A DNA stretch of 64,000 nt from Octopus sinensis (GCF_006345805.1 NC_043001.1:9734001-9798000), one strand, 5' to 3'; counted from the first letter of the stretch, positions 39,613 to 54,345 are shown. Translations and numbers: made by a program. The notes: generated by a model not told the origin, from the sequence alone.

Positions 39613-40632
39613 ATCCAGCACCAATGATGAACTGGTGTTGAATTTTGAAACCATAAAAGTAGAAGAAAGAAGCAAAGATTTGTCCCAGTTTGTGACAGCA
39701 AAAGCCACTTAGACAACACAGTTCTATATTGGTGAGATTTAGTCAGACTGGTGACCTGGTCTTGATTGTTGTTTACACCATTTTTTGGCCATTGTATGTT
39801 CCTGCCTTCTTCAGGAGTTTTGTGCTGAACTTAGTTGTCAACCCTTTAATTGATCTACAGGAAAACACTTTTCGTATTTCCCTGTTGATCAAATAAAGAG
39901 TTGGGTTTGAAATTCTAATACCACAACTGAGTCCAACATAAGGTACCAGAAGAAGGCTGGAGCAGACAACATTCAATATGTAATGAAAGTAACAATGAAG
40001 ATTAGGGCACCAGTTCAACTAGTGTAAAACAGTATGGAGAACTTGGGCAAATAATGAATGGGGACCTGACTGTGTTGGTTGGGTCGGTCTCCCATCTGAA
40101 GCAATGGTAATTTATTTTTTCATCATCTCTGCATTGCATCCATGCCTGAGATAGTATTTCCACTGCCTAGGTCTTTTAAGGGGTTTCAATACCAAGTTGT
40201 TTAGCTTCAGTTCTGTCTTGATTGGACACACCAGACACTCCAGCCATGATCCTCTCTCTTCATAGGGTTCAAGAAAACTACATTATCTTGTATATCCTTC
40301 ATCATCATCATTCAACAACTATTTTCCATGCTGTTATGGGTTGTCCTGTTTGACAGGAGCTGGCAGCACCAGAATCCAATGTCTGTTTTTGGCATGGTCT
40401 CTACAGCTGAATGCCCTTCCTAACACCAACCACTTTACAAAGTGGACTGGTGATTTTACATGGCACCAGCATTGTTGCTTTTCATGGCTTAGAGAAAATA
40501 CACCAAGGAACCGAGTTTCCATTCAGTATTCTTGTTTTAGGGTATGATTTAAGACAGATTTGGCTGCTATTCTAGCTGGTCAAGTCTACACATAGGGGCT
40601 GACTCACTGGCTTGACTAAATGATGATGAGGG

Positions 40633-40666
<34 letters not shown>

Positions 40667-41639
40667 GATGATTTCAATAAAAATAGTTGCATTAATAATC
40701 ATATTTTTAGTCATAAAGTTTTAAAGGTTTGAGTGAAAGGGAGAGGAAAATTACACGAGTATTTCTTAATGCTCTGATATATATATATTTGTGAATCAAT
40801 TCCAACTGAGAATAAAAACTGTGCTGTAGATTCCATTTGCCAAGAATTTACTGCTTCACCAACATTGATGATGATGATGACGACGATGATGATGATGGCA
40901 GTGGTGGTGGTTGTGGTGGTGGTATGGAGCCAAGATATGGCTTTTAAAACCAATTATATAAAATTGTTTAAATACTTCCATTCTGTTCAATTTATTTGCT
41001 GGAAATGATTAATGATCTCGTAGCAAAAGTTCAAACCCCTTCAATATTCCATGCTCTGTGCCCTTAAGCAATCCAAGTCTAGCTTCAATCTATTTTAACT
41101 GGAAAATACATACTACTTGGGTGTTATGGGTCAATTGGCTTATTTTCTTTTTTTGTCTTATTTCAGTTTATTTTTTTTAATTGCTTTATTTATTTATTTA
41201 TTTATTATCTAATTACCTTTTCATTATTAATACAATTCTGAACGGTGACCTATATCAAATATTTGATTGAGAAAGCAAAAAAAAAAAAATAATCCAATGG
41301 AGCAATTTATTGTTTGCTGCTGCTGCAGTTAGGCAATTCGTAGGAGCAGCAGAACTACGGCTTGGCCCATGTTAATGCATCAGGGACCCCCGCTTCAGTG
41401 ATGCGCAGTGGAGGCATGTGTTACGCATGACATGATATGAAAACACAAGAATCAAAAGGAAACTTTATGTGGTCATTCAACTTGCTAGAAATAGCAGTAA
41501 AATATCCCTCAAATTAAACTCTACCATCTTAAGGAAAGGGTTTATTAGAAGATACAGTTCTGTATACCCCTAAAAAATATAGAGTGGTCATAATTGTAAT
41601 GCCTTTCAGCAAAGACTGCTTAATCAGGATAGGGCTAAT

Positions 41640-42016
41640 CCGTGGCTCTCTGTCAGTTGCGACAACAAGGGTTCCAGTTGATCCGATCAACGGAACAGCC
41701 TGCTCATGAAATTAACGTGCAAGTGGTTGAGCACTCCACAGACATGTAGTTAATGTAGTTCTCGGGGAGATTCAGCGTGACACAGACTGGGACAAGGCTG
41801 GCTCTTTGAAATACAGGCATAAGAGAAACAGGAAGAAAGAGTGAAAGAAAGTTGTGAAAGAGTACAGCTGGGTTTGCCACCACCTCTTGCCGGAGCTTCG
41901 GGGACCTTTAGGTGTTTTCACTCAATAAACACTCACAACGCCCAGTCTGGGAATCGAAACCATGATCCTATGACTGCGAGTTTGCTGCCCTAACCACTGG
42001 GCCATTGTGCCTCCAC
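41640..42016 (-). mobile_element. tRNA-headed SINE sharing head and middle with the V-type SINE but carrying tail T2
   Basis: Reverse complement GTGGAGGCACAATGGCCCAGTGG...GTTTCGATTCCCAGACTGGGCG matches the 21840 head; tail matches 35366-35548. Confidence 0.75.
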
Positions 42017-42696
42017 AAACAAAAATATGCTATACTGAATTTACTAAAGCCTTTCAATACCAGCTGGTTTGAGACCCTACGGGATCTATGGTGCTTCATG
42101 TTCATTTATGTTCCAGATACCAGCTTAATAATCACAGTTATTTTGGTAAATTCTTTATTATTTTCAAAACTACTTGAAATAACAGCAGTGGGACCCAAGA
42201 GAAATGCTGTAACAAAAGGGTTAAAAATCATTTAGCCAAAAATGAAGTAAAGATGGAATTGCCTCCCCCCACCCCCCACACACATATTCATGTGAAAGTC
42301 AATAATAATTAAAATGAACCATATATCATAAAACGCAAAATGCATGATACATAACGCACACCATTTACACACACACATAAAGAGAGAGGGGCATGTATAT
42401 GTGTGTATATATATGCATGTGTGTATATATATGTATGTGTGTATATATATATTCTATACAATACAGTCCATTAATACGATGTACATAAAAATAATAATGT
42501 ACAATTATTTATACATTTATTATGAATACTAAGAGATGCTTGTTAAAATAAGTGCATATAAAAATGTAAATTACTGGATGTATTAAACGAAATCATAGAA
42601 CATACAATGAAATGCAGTTTATACATATATCAATATGTATACTCTACTTCATGTAGTGAGTTCTTTCTTTTTAAGACAAACATCACTGAGCCATAC

Positions 42697-42742
<46 letters not shown>

Positions 42743-44075
42743 GGAGTTAAATGCAGGTGTTATTCAAATCTATATATTTCTGACATATGTTTCGAAGAAA
42801 ACATTGGTATTATTCCGCAAGGAATAAAAGGATGTAAAACAATGCAATCTTCTCAGGGAAAAGAATGCATTTAAAGAACATGCTTATCATTGTAAGCACT
42901 GACAAAAACATACCTTTAGTTCCTATAAGTAATTTCTACCAATCTGTAGAACTCGACCTTTAACTGTCTTCTACATTTCATTTCCACTAAATATATCTAT
43001 TTCCACAGTTTCTTCTGCTGAACCGCTAAGTTACAGGAACATAAACACACCAACACTAGTTGACAAGCAGTGCTGGGGGACAAACATATACGCAAAAGCA
43101 CAGAAACATACATACACTCACACACACATACAGATATATGCACAACAGGCTTCTTTCAGTTTCCTTTCTACCAAATCCACTCGCACGGTATTGGTCGGCC
43201 CAAGGCTATAAAAGAAGATACTTGCCCATTCAGTGAGACTGAACACAGCCAAATTTGTTTTTGTATATGTGTGCATCACAGACTGGGTCTAAAAATATTG
43301 GTTGCTAGGAGACTAACGAGGCTCACCCGCAACTATAATGCTATCATTTAATTTTTTTTTTGCTTTTTTGTTAAAAGTATTCTTTTCAAATGTCTACAAA
43401 CACAGGCAGAAATAATTAATGCATTCTTCCAGGAGTGAATAAAAAATTCTCAAACTTCAGAGGATGAGCCCCTTAAATACTAACATGGCCCCCATATATG
43501 GATCCTAATGGTGCAGGGGCCCACTTGCCATCGAGCAAGCTGGCAACCTGGCCAATCTCCTACTGCATGCATGTATATTTTTCAGGAAATATGTATTAGT
43601 GGAAGATGTGAATATTGGCAAGAAAACCAAAAACAAGACATATGATACTTTCCAAATAATCCCTTGGGATATTTGTTTTGCAGTGAGTTTACACAACATC
43701 CCTTGTCATACTCACCATTAAAAATTCAGTGAACCATTGATTAGCTTATTTGAAAATTATGTCCACTGTTTATTACAAAATATTTATAAATAACAAAATA
43801 TACGTTTAAACATTTTTTTTTTTGCCATCATCAGTTACAATACGGGCATCTTTAATGTTGTTATCATTTATTATTAAATATCAATTTCAGTTGTATGGGT
43901 ATGGAGTTGGTAGGGTGGGGGTTGTGGGTCACCTTGTTAAGACACAGTCTTTAGCTTCGTACCCCTTTTTGCAAGCGTTTTCTAATGTTGGGTGATGCCA
44001 TCCAATTCCTCCTGTGAGAAATTGTTAGACAGAAACTGTATGGAATTTTCATATGTGTGAATATTGTATATATAT

Positions 44076-44107
<32 letters not shown>

Positions 44108-44256
44108 ATATGTATGTATCATCATCACCATCGTTTAACGTCCGTTCTCCATGCTAGCATGGGTTGGACGGTTCGACCGGGGATCTGGGAAGCCAGAAGG
44201 CTGCACCACACTCCGGTCTTATCTGGCAATGTTTCTACAGCTGGATGCCATTGCCA

Positions 44257-44288
44257 GATAAGATGTATATATATACATATATATATGT

Positions 44289-44323
<35 letters not shown>

Positions 44324-44403
44324 TATATGTATATACATATATATATGTATATATATATACATTTATATATGTATATATATATATATGTATATATATACAT
44401 TTA

Positions 44404-44444
<41 letters not shown>

Positions 44445-44650
44445 TTATTATGTATATATATAATATATATATATGTATATATATACATTTATATATGTAT
44501 ATATATATACACATATATATATGTATATACATATATATATGTGTATATATACATTTATATATATATGTATATACATATATATATAAATGTATATATACAT
44601 ATATATATGTGTATATATACATTTATATATGTGTATATATATATATATAT

Positions 44651-44680
<30 letters not shown>
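44257..44680. repeat. (TA)n-rich microsatellite
   Basis: Direct inspection. Confidence 0.95.
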
Positions 44681-44681
<1 letters not shown>

Positions 44682-45668
44682 GAGAGAGAGAGAAGTTATC
44701 TATGTGCATGTGTGTGAATGTTTACATTCTGCTTGCTCTTCATATGAAAGCTTTGAACTAAAAAAAATCAATGCTGTTTATTGACCTTCTCAGTAGAAAA
44801 GTCATCTTTCAGCTCTATGTTTTCAAAGATGAATAGGATTAAGAAAGAAATCCCTTTCAAAAACCAGTTGTGATTAGTAACAACAAGAACATACAGCTCT
44901 AAAACAAAGCTTCAATATGTATTCCTCTAACCCATACCATCATAGAAAAACAGACATGACATGAATCAAGGAAGAAATACCGTATAAAAGTATTTGTTCC
45001 CTATCTACGAGTCTTCATTGTTATCTCTCATTCTGTTTCCTTCTAACAACATGTCAGCTGATGTTTTCTTTAACGAAACATCTAATTAAAACAGTAGCCA
45101 CACTAATCTAACTTACACCTTTTGTTCAGAGCAAAACATCTTCTGCCTGAGGGAGTTGACGTTATTATGTGTTTAACACGACTTTGGTCAAATCAACTAT
45201 CATTATTGCTTTCACACCCAATTTTCTTTCTATGTATTTGGATTGCCCTTATAACTGGCAGAGAATTAATATCACTCGCCTGATACAATGTTTTTACCAG
45301 GCCCTCGTAGCAAATGACATTGTGGAAGCACGTGATGACCAACTGGTTAGTGTTGAACTCATGATCATTAGGATGTGGGTGTTCGATTCCAGAACTAGGC
45401 TATGCAAGATGGCTTTGAACAAGACACATTATGTTATGCCAGCCAATTCAGTTAATTATGTACATATGTATATGTTAGTGTGTGTGTGTGTGTGCATATA
45501 TATATATATGTATATGTGAGTGAGTGTATGTGTATGTGAGTGTGTGTGTGTATATATATATATATTCCATATGCATATCCTCTTGTTTTATTATTTTAAT
45601 TTTTAATGTTTGATTATTCAATTTGAATAAATACACACACATCAAATACCATACGACATAAATTCTTA

Positions 45669-45887
45669 TTAACTCTTTCATTACCGTATTTATTTTGAGA
45701 TGTTCTGTGTTTCTTTCAATTAATTTTAAATATAACAAAGAATTTAGTAAAATAACTTAGTTACATTAAGTTAATATTAGGAACTTAAATTGCGACTAAG
45801 ATTTGGTGGAATTAAAACTTGTGAAAACAAGACATTTGTACTCAGAGCCAGAGCCAGTTTCAGCTGGGTTGGTATCAAAAGGGTTAA
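45669..45887. mobile_element. piggyBac-type MITE family A
   Basis: TTAA-CTCTTT...AAAAGGG-TTAA. Confidence 0.9.
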
Positions 45888-46401
45888 GACTGTTTCTACC
45901 TCTTGACCTTGGGTCGCACACATCAAATGGCAATTGGTGCTTGCTCCATATGAGAAAGGGAGATCATCTGAAGAATCAAGAATTCTCCCAAGTTGAGATG
46001 CCATTAAGGAAAAGGACAAGACTTTTGTCTGGAGATAAAAGGACATCCGTGGACACATGGTTCTGCCTTCATAGGTGTCATTAGTGCAGCAATTGCCCTA
46101 TCCTGCATCCAGCAGCCAAAGATTATCGACAGAGATAGAATTATTAATCTTTAGTCAGGCTGGAAGGGAATGACTATGGTGACCCATTACAGGGTCTCTG
46201 AGATTAAAGGGAAAGAGAGAAGAAAGCATCCTTAAGCCAAAAGCCTCGCCTGAATGCTTGCAACAGAGAAGACTCCACTAAAATCACCCAAAATGCTGAA
46301 TGGTGATGTTGACCCAAGAGATGAATTAAGTCCATCATCAGGGTAGGCCATGGTAGGATTTCACCTCAGAACACAACAAGCCAAGGTAAATGGATATAGA
46401 T

Positions 46402-46632
46402 AAGTCAGCAAGCTTATAGAAACGTTAGCATGCCGGGCGAAATGCTTGGTGGTATTTCGTCTGCCATTATGTTCTGTGTTCAAATTCCGCCAAGGTCAAC
46501 TTTGCCTTTCATCCTTTCGGGGCCGATAACTTAAGTACCAGTTACACACTGGGGTTGATATAATCGACTTAATCCTTCTGTCTGTCCTTGTTGTCTCTTC
46601 TGTGTTTAGCCCCTTGTGTGTAGTAAAGAAAT
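46402..46632 (+). mobile_element. Full-length Meta-type SINE with ~18-bp target-site duplication (TSD)
   Basis: AGGTAAATGGATATAGAT at 46384-46401 and 46633-46650. Confidence 0.9.
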
Positions 46633-48139
46633 AGGTAAATGGATATAGATTTTGGATAAACTTTCAAGAGTTCTCAGAGTGGAGGGTCATCGTTGGCTTT
46701 TACATCATACCAATACATTGCTCCATGTTTTCTTTCTATTGAAGAAAAACAAGCAAAAAAGAAAGACAAAAAACATTTAAAAAAGAACACCCTATCCTTC
46801 TGTTACCATAACTTACTACACCATCTGTCTAATATAATTGACTCCATGTGAGATTTTGTACCAAAAATATCGCAATTAAGCTGAAAGGGGGAAAAAATTG
46901 ATAAAATTCCAAGAATCCATAAGAATAGGATGAATACAATACGTTGTGGTTAACATTTGGAAACTTTCAAGAACTGCTTCTGTAAGTGATGGGAAATTTT
47001 GGACAAATGCACGTTGTTGAAGGTAGGGTGAGCTGGCAATAGCATATATAACATTGACACACACACACACACACACACATACATAATAATGTATATATGA
47101 TAAAGAGATGTATGATAGAGATGTATCTTATCTAGAATTTGTAATAGACGAATGCCAAATTGCTGAAAGCTTTAAGTGGTACTTGCGTCTTTGTCTCCAA
47201 TCAGCCATTCACCAAAAAGTTATGTGCATCCATAGTTATGCCCAGCATAGAATTGGTGAGAGATAATAAATGAGAATCTCCAGTCAACCATTCTGGGGTT
47301 GGTCTGTAGGACCTCACTAACCCGAGTTCGGTTCCTACTGAGTCCAGTCCACAGAACAAGTACCAGTAAACTGAGGGCATCAAATCAATAAACACAATCA
47401 TCATCATCACCAAATAAAACTGGCTTGGTGCCTACGAGAGGAATTATTATTTCTACCGAATTATCTTTCTCCGTAGATGACAAAGCTGCCTCACGTTGTC
47501 CCAGTCAATAAAAAGCACCTTGGTGACTGGTTTAATAAATGGAAAGTCCACACAAACATAAATTCTTCTTGTTCTACTCTTATTTATTTCATTTCTTTCT
47601 CTTTCTATATTTTTTTTTTTTTACATTTTTTTGTTGCCAATAACCTTTCTGCTATTTCTTGTTTAAGGGGTTTTTATTGACTTATTGCTAGCAGCTGTTC
47701 TTTTGAAATCTTGAAATGTCAAAATATATATGGCTTTATCATATTCTATAGTGACATGCAATATATTTTCAAAAACCCACATTGCTTTTACATATATATA
47801 TATATGTGTGTGTGTGTATAGATCTTTATTTCTTATTTGCTTCCATTATGTAAGGATATGAATTAATACTTAAGATAATGGTCTTGTCTTGTAGAATATT
47901 CCACTTCTCATGTTTGTGTGTGTGTGTGTGTACATGTATCATCATGTATATTTGTGTGAATTTGTGAATGTATGCACACAATATTTCTTTGTCTTTAACC
48001 ATCATCCACTGACAAGTCTAAGCTTGGTGCATTCAGGTTAATCTATGCAAGGAAATAAAAAAAAGTAAAAATCTTTAAAAATATATATATTATATAAAAA
48101 AAACATCTTTTAACCTCTGATACACTTATATTTAAAATT

Positions 48140-48147
48140 GCCATCCT

Positions 48148-48211
<64 letters not shown>

Positions 48212-48221
48212 TGCCATCATC

Positions 48222-48253
<32 letters not shown>

Positions 48254-48344
48254 TATTATTATTATTATTATTATCATTATTATTATTATTATTATTTTAT
48301 TATTATTACTACCATCATCATCATCATCATCATTATTATTATTA

Positions 48345-48377
<33 letters not shown>

Positions 48378-48528
48378 TACCATCATCATCATCTTTATTA
48401 TTATTATTACTACCATCATCATCATCTTTATTATTATTATTATTATTATTATTTTATTATTATTATTACTGCCATCATCTTCATCATCATCATCATCATC
48501 ATCATCATTATTATTATTATTATTATTA

Positions 48529-48574
<46 letters not shown>

Positions 48575-48609
48575 TGCCATCATCTTCATATCATCATCAT
48601 CATTATTAC

Positions 48610-48642
<33 letters not shown>

Positions 48643-48694
48643 TACCATCATCATCATCTTTATTATTATTATTATTACTACCATCATCATCATC

Positions 48695-48732
<38 letters not shown>

Positions 48733-48821
48733 TACTACTACCAACATCATCTTCATTATTATCATTATTATTATTATTATTATTATTACTACTACCATCA
48801 TCATCATCTTTATTATTATTA

Positions 48822-48860
<39 letters not shown>
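48140..48860. repeat. ~720-bp (ATT)/(ATC)n array with higher-order units
   Basis: ACTGCCATCATCTTC and ACTACCATCATCATCATC anchors recur within the array. Confidence 0.95.
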
Positions 48861-48861
<1 letters not shown>

Positions 48862-49665
48862 AACCTTTATTTTCACAATTACTAGAATTGATCTACATTG
48901 AACAATAAAAAAAATGAAATTATATGTAGCATTCATTTAAAAAAAAAATAGAAATCTTTTATATTCTCGATGTTGCTTCCAATAACGACGCTTCCTTTAA
49001 TTTATTTGGTTTAAATTTTTTTTCTTTTCCACATTAGAATTTTAGAGACTTTAAAAGAAAAATTCCTTCTTTGAGAAGAAGAAGAATGCATAATGCAGGC
49101 GGCTTATGTCTGTACTTGGCTCTTCTATAAAAAACATCGCAATTACTAATCCACCAGCTCTCACCATCTCATCCCAATAACTGTTTATTATACAATTAAT
49201 TAAAGAAAGACCTATATTATTTAGTATTACTTTTTCTAAGAAACAAAGACCTTATTGATTACGTTTTTTTTTAAATAGATACCAAGATTTCCAAAATAAT
49301 AATAATAATAATAATAATAACAATAATAATAATAATCCAAAAATCACAAATTAATAATCTAAAAACAACTACAATAGACTGTATTTATCAAGTTGGTTCA
49401 CTGGCCTGTGTTGGAAGCAGTTGTTGGGTTAGGAGCAATTTAGCAGCTCTCTTCTAACAATGCTACTGTTGTGTTTATATCTAAGTAGATAGCTCTACTC
49501 CTACAGAAGTTAGAAGCTTGGCAACAGACATAGCATACATTCCTTAACCAATACACTTCTCCATTCTTCTGCTTCTTTTTCATAAGTTGGCTCAAATTTC
49601 AACTAAACACTATGACTTGCAGGTGCTTTCAGCTCCTATACACTTATCTCTGTAAGAGTGTGTAT

Positions 49666-49870
49666 ACTCTTTACTCTTTCTATCTTTTACTGGTTTCAGT
49701 CATTTGACTGTGGCCATGCTGGAGTACCGCCTTTTTAGTCGAGCACATCGACCCCAGGACTTATTCTTTGTAAGCCTAGTACTTATTCTATCGGTCTCTC
49801 GTGCCGAACCGCTAATTTACGTGAACGTAAACACACCAGTATCGGTTGTCAAGCGATGTTGGCTGGACAA

Positions 49871-49961
<91 letters not shown>

Positions 49962-50135
49962 CACATATATATGATGGGCTTCTTTCAGTTTCCGTCTACC
50001 AAATCCATTCACAAGGCTTTGGTTGGCCTGAGGCTATAGTAGAAGACACTTGCCCAAGGTGCCATGCAGTGGGACTGAACCCAGAACCATGGGGTTGGCA
50101 AGTAACCTACTTACCACACAGCCACTCCTGTGCCT
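49666..50135 (-). mobile_element. CORE-type SINE, full length
   Basis: Homologous to 8161-8572; further copies at 52928-53309 and 61430-61905, plus partial copies at ~6290, 25060, 29660, 43005, 50700, 54345 and 55900. Confidence 0.9.
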
Positions 50136-50384
50136 ATATCTTTTATTATTTCCATCTTTTGTTGGTTTTAGTGATTAGACTGTGGCCATGCTTGGGCAAC
50201 TCCTTGAAGAATTTTAGACCAATGGATTGACCCCAGTACCTATAATGTTTTTTTTTTCTGTAAAGCTGTGTACTTATTCTTTGGGTCTGTTTTGCTGAAC
50301 CACTAAGTTACCGAGATGTAAACACACCAACACCACTTCTCAAGCAGCAGTGGAGAATAAACACATAAAAATAAACACACACAC

Positions 50385-50420
<36 letters not shown>

Positions 50421-51503
50421 TATATATAAACACCCACTACACTCGCGGAGTGGTTGGCGTTAGGAAGGGCATCCAGCCGTAGAAACACTGCCAAATCTAA
50501 CTGGGCCTGATGAAGCCTTCCGGCTTCACAGACCCCAGTTAAACCGTCCAACCCATGCTAGCATGGAAAACGGACGCTAAATGATGATGATGATGATGAT
50601 GATGATATATATATATATATATATGGCACCTTGGGCATATATATATGTGCGTATGTATATATATATATATATATAATATATATATAATGTATACATATAT
50701 ACACACACACACAATGGGCTGCTTTCAGTTTCTATCTATCAAATCCAATCACAAGATGCCATGGAATAGGACTGAACCTGGAACCATGTGGTTGGAAATC
50801 GAGCTTCTTACCACACAGCCATGCCAGCACCTATGTGGTTGTGTGTGTGTATATATATATATATATGTGTGTGTGCGTGTGTGTTTGTGTGCTTTCATTT
50901 CATTAATATTTTTATATTTATCTTTTGTTTTTGCCATCAAATTAAAAATTGTGTGTGTAAGATTATTAATTAGTTAATGAGTACTTTTGATTTATATTGC
51001 TGGTTAAATATTTAACGGATTACGCGCATTAAACGTAATTCACTATATACAAAGGATAGATAATATCATTTCAGGATATCTCTGTTTATGGCCTGGCTTC
51101 CTATCTTTTCACAAACCCCACAACATCCACCTCCAGACCCGCCCCCATTATTAAATATTTCAATTCACTTTGATCAGTTCCTTTCCTCTTTATTTCCTCC
51201 CTTTTCACTTAAAATTACTTCCCCCTTTCCCTTATTAGCTTCTCTTCCTCTCTCTCTCTCTCTCTCACCTCCCCTTCTCATTAGCTTCCCTTCCTCTTTC
51301 TCTCTTTCTTTTCCCCCTCCTTTATTAACTTCCTTCCCGCTCTCTCATTCCACCCCCTTCTTTCCGCCAATTACTTTCTTTTCTCTTCCCCTTACACTAA
51401 TTCATTCTTCATTTCTCACTTTCAAAGTTGTGTCTCTCAATCCATCAATGCATACTTGTTTTACAAATGACACTGACTCAGATGATAATAATAATAATAA
51501 AAA

Positions 51504-51722
51504 TAAGGCGGCGAGCTGGCAGAAATGTTAGCACACCGGGCAAAATGCTTAGCAGTATTTCATCTGCCACTACGTTCTGAGTTCAAATCCACCAAGGTTG
51601 ACTTTGCTGTTCATCCTTTTGGGGTTGATTTACACACTGGGGTCGATGTAATTGACATAATCCCTTTGTCTGTCCTTGTTTGTACCCTCTATGTTTAGCC
51701 CATTGTGGGCAATAAAGAAACA
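51504..51722 (+). mobile_element. Meta-type SINE, long-tail variant
   Basis: TAAGGCGGCGAGCTGGCAGAAATG head through ...GTTTAGCCCATTGTGGGCAATAAAGAAA. Confidence 0.85.
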
Positions 51723-51741
51723 AAATAATAATAATGTGATA

Positions 51742-52085
51742 AGGAAGAATGAAAAGTCAATAGATATAACAGGTTAGCTTGGGAGGTTAAGCTGTTGTAG
51801 TCGATGAAAAAAGGGGTAGTAGTACCAATTGTTGGAGCCCTGGGAACTGTGAGTAAAAATCTTGAGAAGTACATGGAATAAATAGGGGCTGCAATAAGAG
51901 TGGAGCACTTTCAGAAAATGGCACTGCTTGGAACCGCTCAAATACTCCAGATGATGCTCAAAAAATAAGGGGTGTTGCCTTAGTTCACTGGTAGTGAACA
52001 GCTGACACTGTAATACATCTCCAGCGTTAGAAGCTGTACAAAGAAAATAATAATAATAATAATAATAATGATAGTAATAATAATG
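51742..52085 (+). mobile_element. 3' fragment of R4/Dong-clade non-LTR retrotransposon with (AAT)n tail
   Basis: Translation EE*KVNRYNRLAWEVKLL*SMKKGVVVPIVGALGTVSKNLEKYME*IGAAIRVEHFQKMALLGTAQILQMMLKK* fits the C-terminus of the restriction-like endonuclease (KE.EK..KY..L..E...LW...VIP.VIGALG); (AAT)n on both sides. Confidence 0.75.
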
Positions 52086-52330
52086 ATGATGATGAGGATT
52101 TGTTTCATTGGCCACAAGGGCCTGAGACATGGAGGACAATATCGAATGATGAGTTAGAACACAAATAAAAATAATTACAAGAATAGGTGGCTCAGTCTTT
52201 TGAGCCCAAGCGGCATCCATGTTATCTTCACGAGGAACCATTAACTCGACTAGATTCACCACTTTATTTCATACCACATATAATATAATATAACTAGTTC
52301 TTATTTCATCAACCTCAAGAATTTGAAAGA

Positions 52331-52630
52331 GTGAAGGAACATGGCCTAGTGGTTAGAGCAGTGGACTTGCAGTCGAGGGATGGCAGGTTCGAATCTCAGA
52401 CCGGTCGTTGTGTGTGTTAATGAGCGAAACACCTAAGCTCTACGCGGCTCCGGCAGAAGGTAATTGCGAACTTCTGTTGACTCTCTCACCATAACTTTCT
52501 CTCTATTCTTTCCTCCTGCATCTTGCAGCTCACCTGCGACGGACCGGTATCCCATCCAGGTGGGGGACTTATATACCAAAGAAACTGGGAAACTGGCCCT
52601 AATGAGCCAGGCATGGCTCGAGAAGGAACA
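52331..52630 (+). mobile_element. V-type tRNA SINE, second copy
   Basis: Aligns end to end with 21840-22130. Confidence 0.8.
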
Positions 52631-54039
52631 AAAAAAAAAAAAAGAATTGGAAAGGCAAAGTTGACCCCTGTGGAATTTGAACTCCAAAGACCACCAAGCA
52701 TGTTCTCCTGTGTGCTAACAATTCTGCCAGCTCATTGCCTAATAATAATAATAAATTTAAAGACAAAGAAGGATTAACTATTTACCACATGCTCACATGA
52801 ACCCCTGGCCTTCTGACTGGCTTTGGAGTACCTAACTCATAGAATTCCTTCTACCGTCGGATTACATTACCTTGTTCATTTCTAATATGCTATTTCTGCA
52901 CCTTGATTGTGAATCATTATATAAATTCTTTTACACGTTTCAGTCATTTGACTGGAGCACTGCTTTTAGTCAGGCAAATCGACCCCAGGAAAATCTAGTA
53001 CTTATTCTATGAGTCTCTTTTGCCGAACCACTAAGTTACGGGGACGTAAACACACCAACATCAGTTGTCAAGCAATGTTGAGGTGTCGAACACAGACACA
53101 CAAATACGTACACAAATACACATATATACATATACATACATATACGACGGGCTTCTTTCAGTTTCTGTCAACCAAATCCACTCACAGGGCTTTAGTCAGC
53201 CCGAGGCTATAGTAGAAGGCTGTTGCCCAAGCTGCTGTGCAGTGGGACTGAACCCGGAACCATGTGGTTGGGAAGTAAACTTTTTACCACACAGCCACTC
53301 CTGTGCCTTAGATTGATTATAATAATTATACTATTACTACTACTACTACTACTACTACTACTACAGTGATTGTCATCATCTGGATCCTGGAAAGAAATGA
53401 ACTCTGAGGATAAAAATGACTGAAACACCAGAATTATTTATATTTGTTGTCGTTGCTATGGAATCACTTTTCTTCTGTTTTATCCACACCCAAATATGAT
53501 CAGTTAAAATAGATTCAACATCAATAATAATAATAATAATAATAATGATGTTACTGTTATTATTGTAGTAAACCACTTGCAGTTGTGTAGAAAACCTTAG
53601 AATTTCATTACTAATCAATGTTTATTTAATTTATTCAAGTAATTGTTTGATTGCTATCTTAATCAGTCACATAAACAGTTTAGCAATCAGATTATTGGAA
53701 ATTAGCAATATCATTATTATTGATATCCAACCACATATGTAAGAAGAAGTGTTGTAGCAGCGTAGAAGCGAAGCAGTTGCTTAGATCCATTCTTGGTTGG
53801 CAGTTAACTGAATGGAACTGGAGTTGTTGTCTTTGACACCTTCTGGTAAGTTCTTTGAGAGAATACGGTGCAGAGGACCTTTTAGAGTACTTCTAAAACT
53901 AGTGCAACAAGAGATGAGATTCTTTATTTATTTTTTATTTTTTTTACTTGATCACCTACCTCACTCCTAGATTTATAGATGTGTCCCTAAGTAAAAGAAA
54001 AAACAAAAAGACACCTACCGCTAGGTATGTATAATCCAT

Positions 54040-54099
54040 CTATGTATATATATATATATATATACATAGATGATATATATATATGTATATGTATACATA

Positions 54100-54139
<40 letters not shown>

Positions 54140-54305
54140 TGTGTGTACATATATATAATATATATGTACATACATGTATATATATATATATGTGTACATA
54201 TATATATACATGTATATATATATACATGTATATATAATATATATATATACATGTATATATATATATATGTATATATTTGTACATATATATATGTAGGTAT
54301 ATATA

Positions 54306-54345
<40 letters not shown>
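54040..54345. repeat. (TA)n-rich microsatellite abutting a CORE-SINE head
   Basis: Direct inspection. Confidence 0.9.

Noticed and set aside
40022-40105. 84-nt AG/GT-bounded segment open in two frames
   Set aside because: Weak acceptor and no homology recognised.
45059-45085. CTGATGTTTTCTTTAACGAAAC, resembling the 57.17 kb hammerhead core
   Set aside because: No stem I or III pairing and the flanks do not match; likely chance.
47477-47680. Strong acceptor TTTCTCCGTAG followed by an ORF
   Set aside because: No donor or recognisable product.
48138-48908. 256-aa ORF
   Set aside because: Poly-Ile/Leu/Tyr from an (ATT)n array.
50507-50530. CTGATGA-AGCC-TTCC-GGCT hammerhead-like start
   Set aside because: Followed by TCAC, not GAAA; it lies in a mutated RTE-like tail.
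53804-53845. Possible mini-exon ending CTG|GTAAGT
   Set aside because: Stops in all three frames from the acceptor; could be UTR but unsupported.
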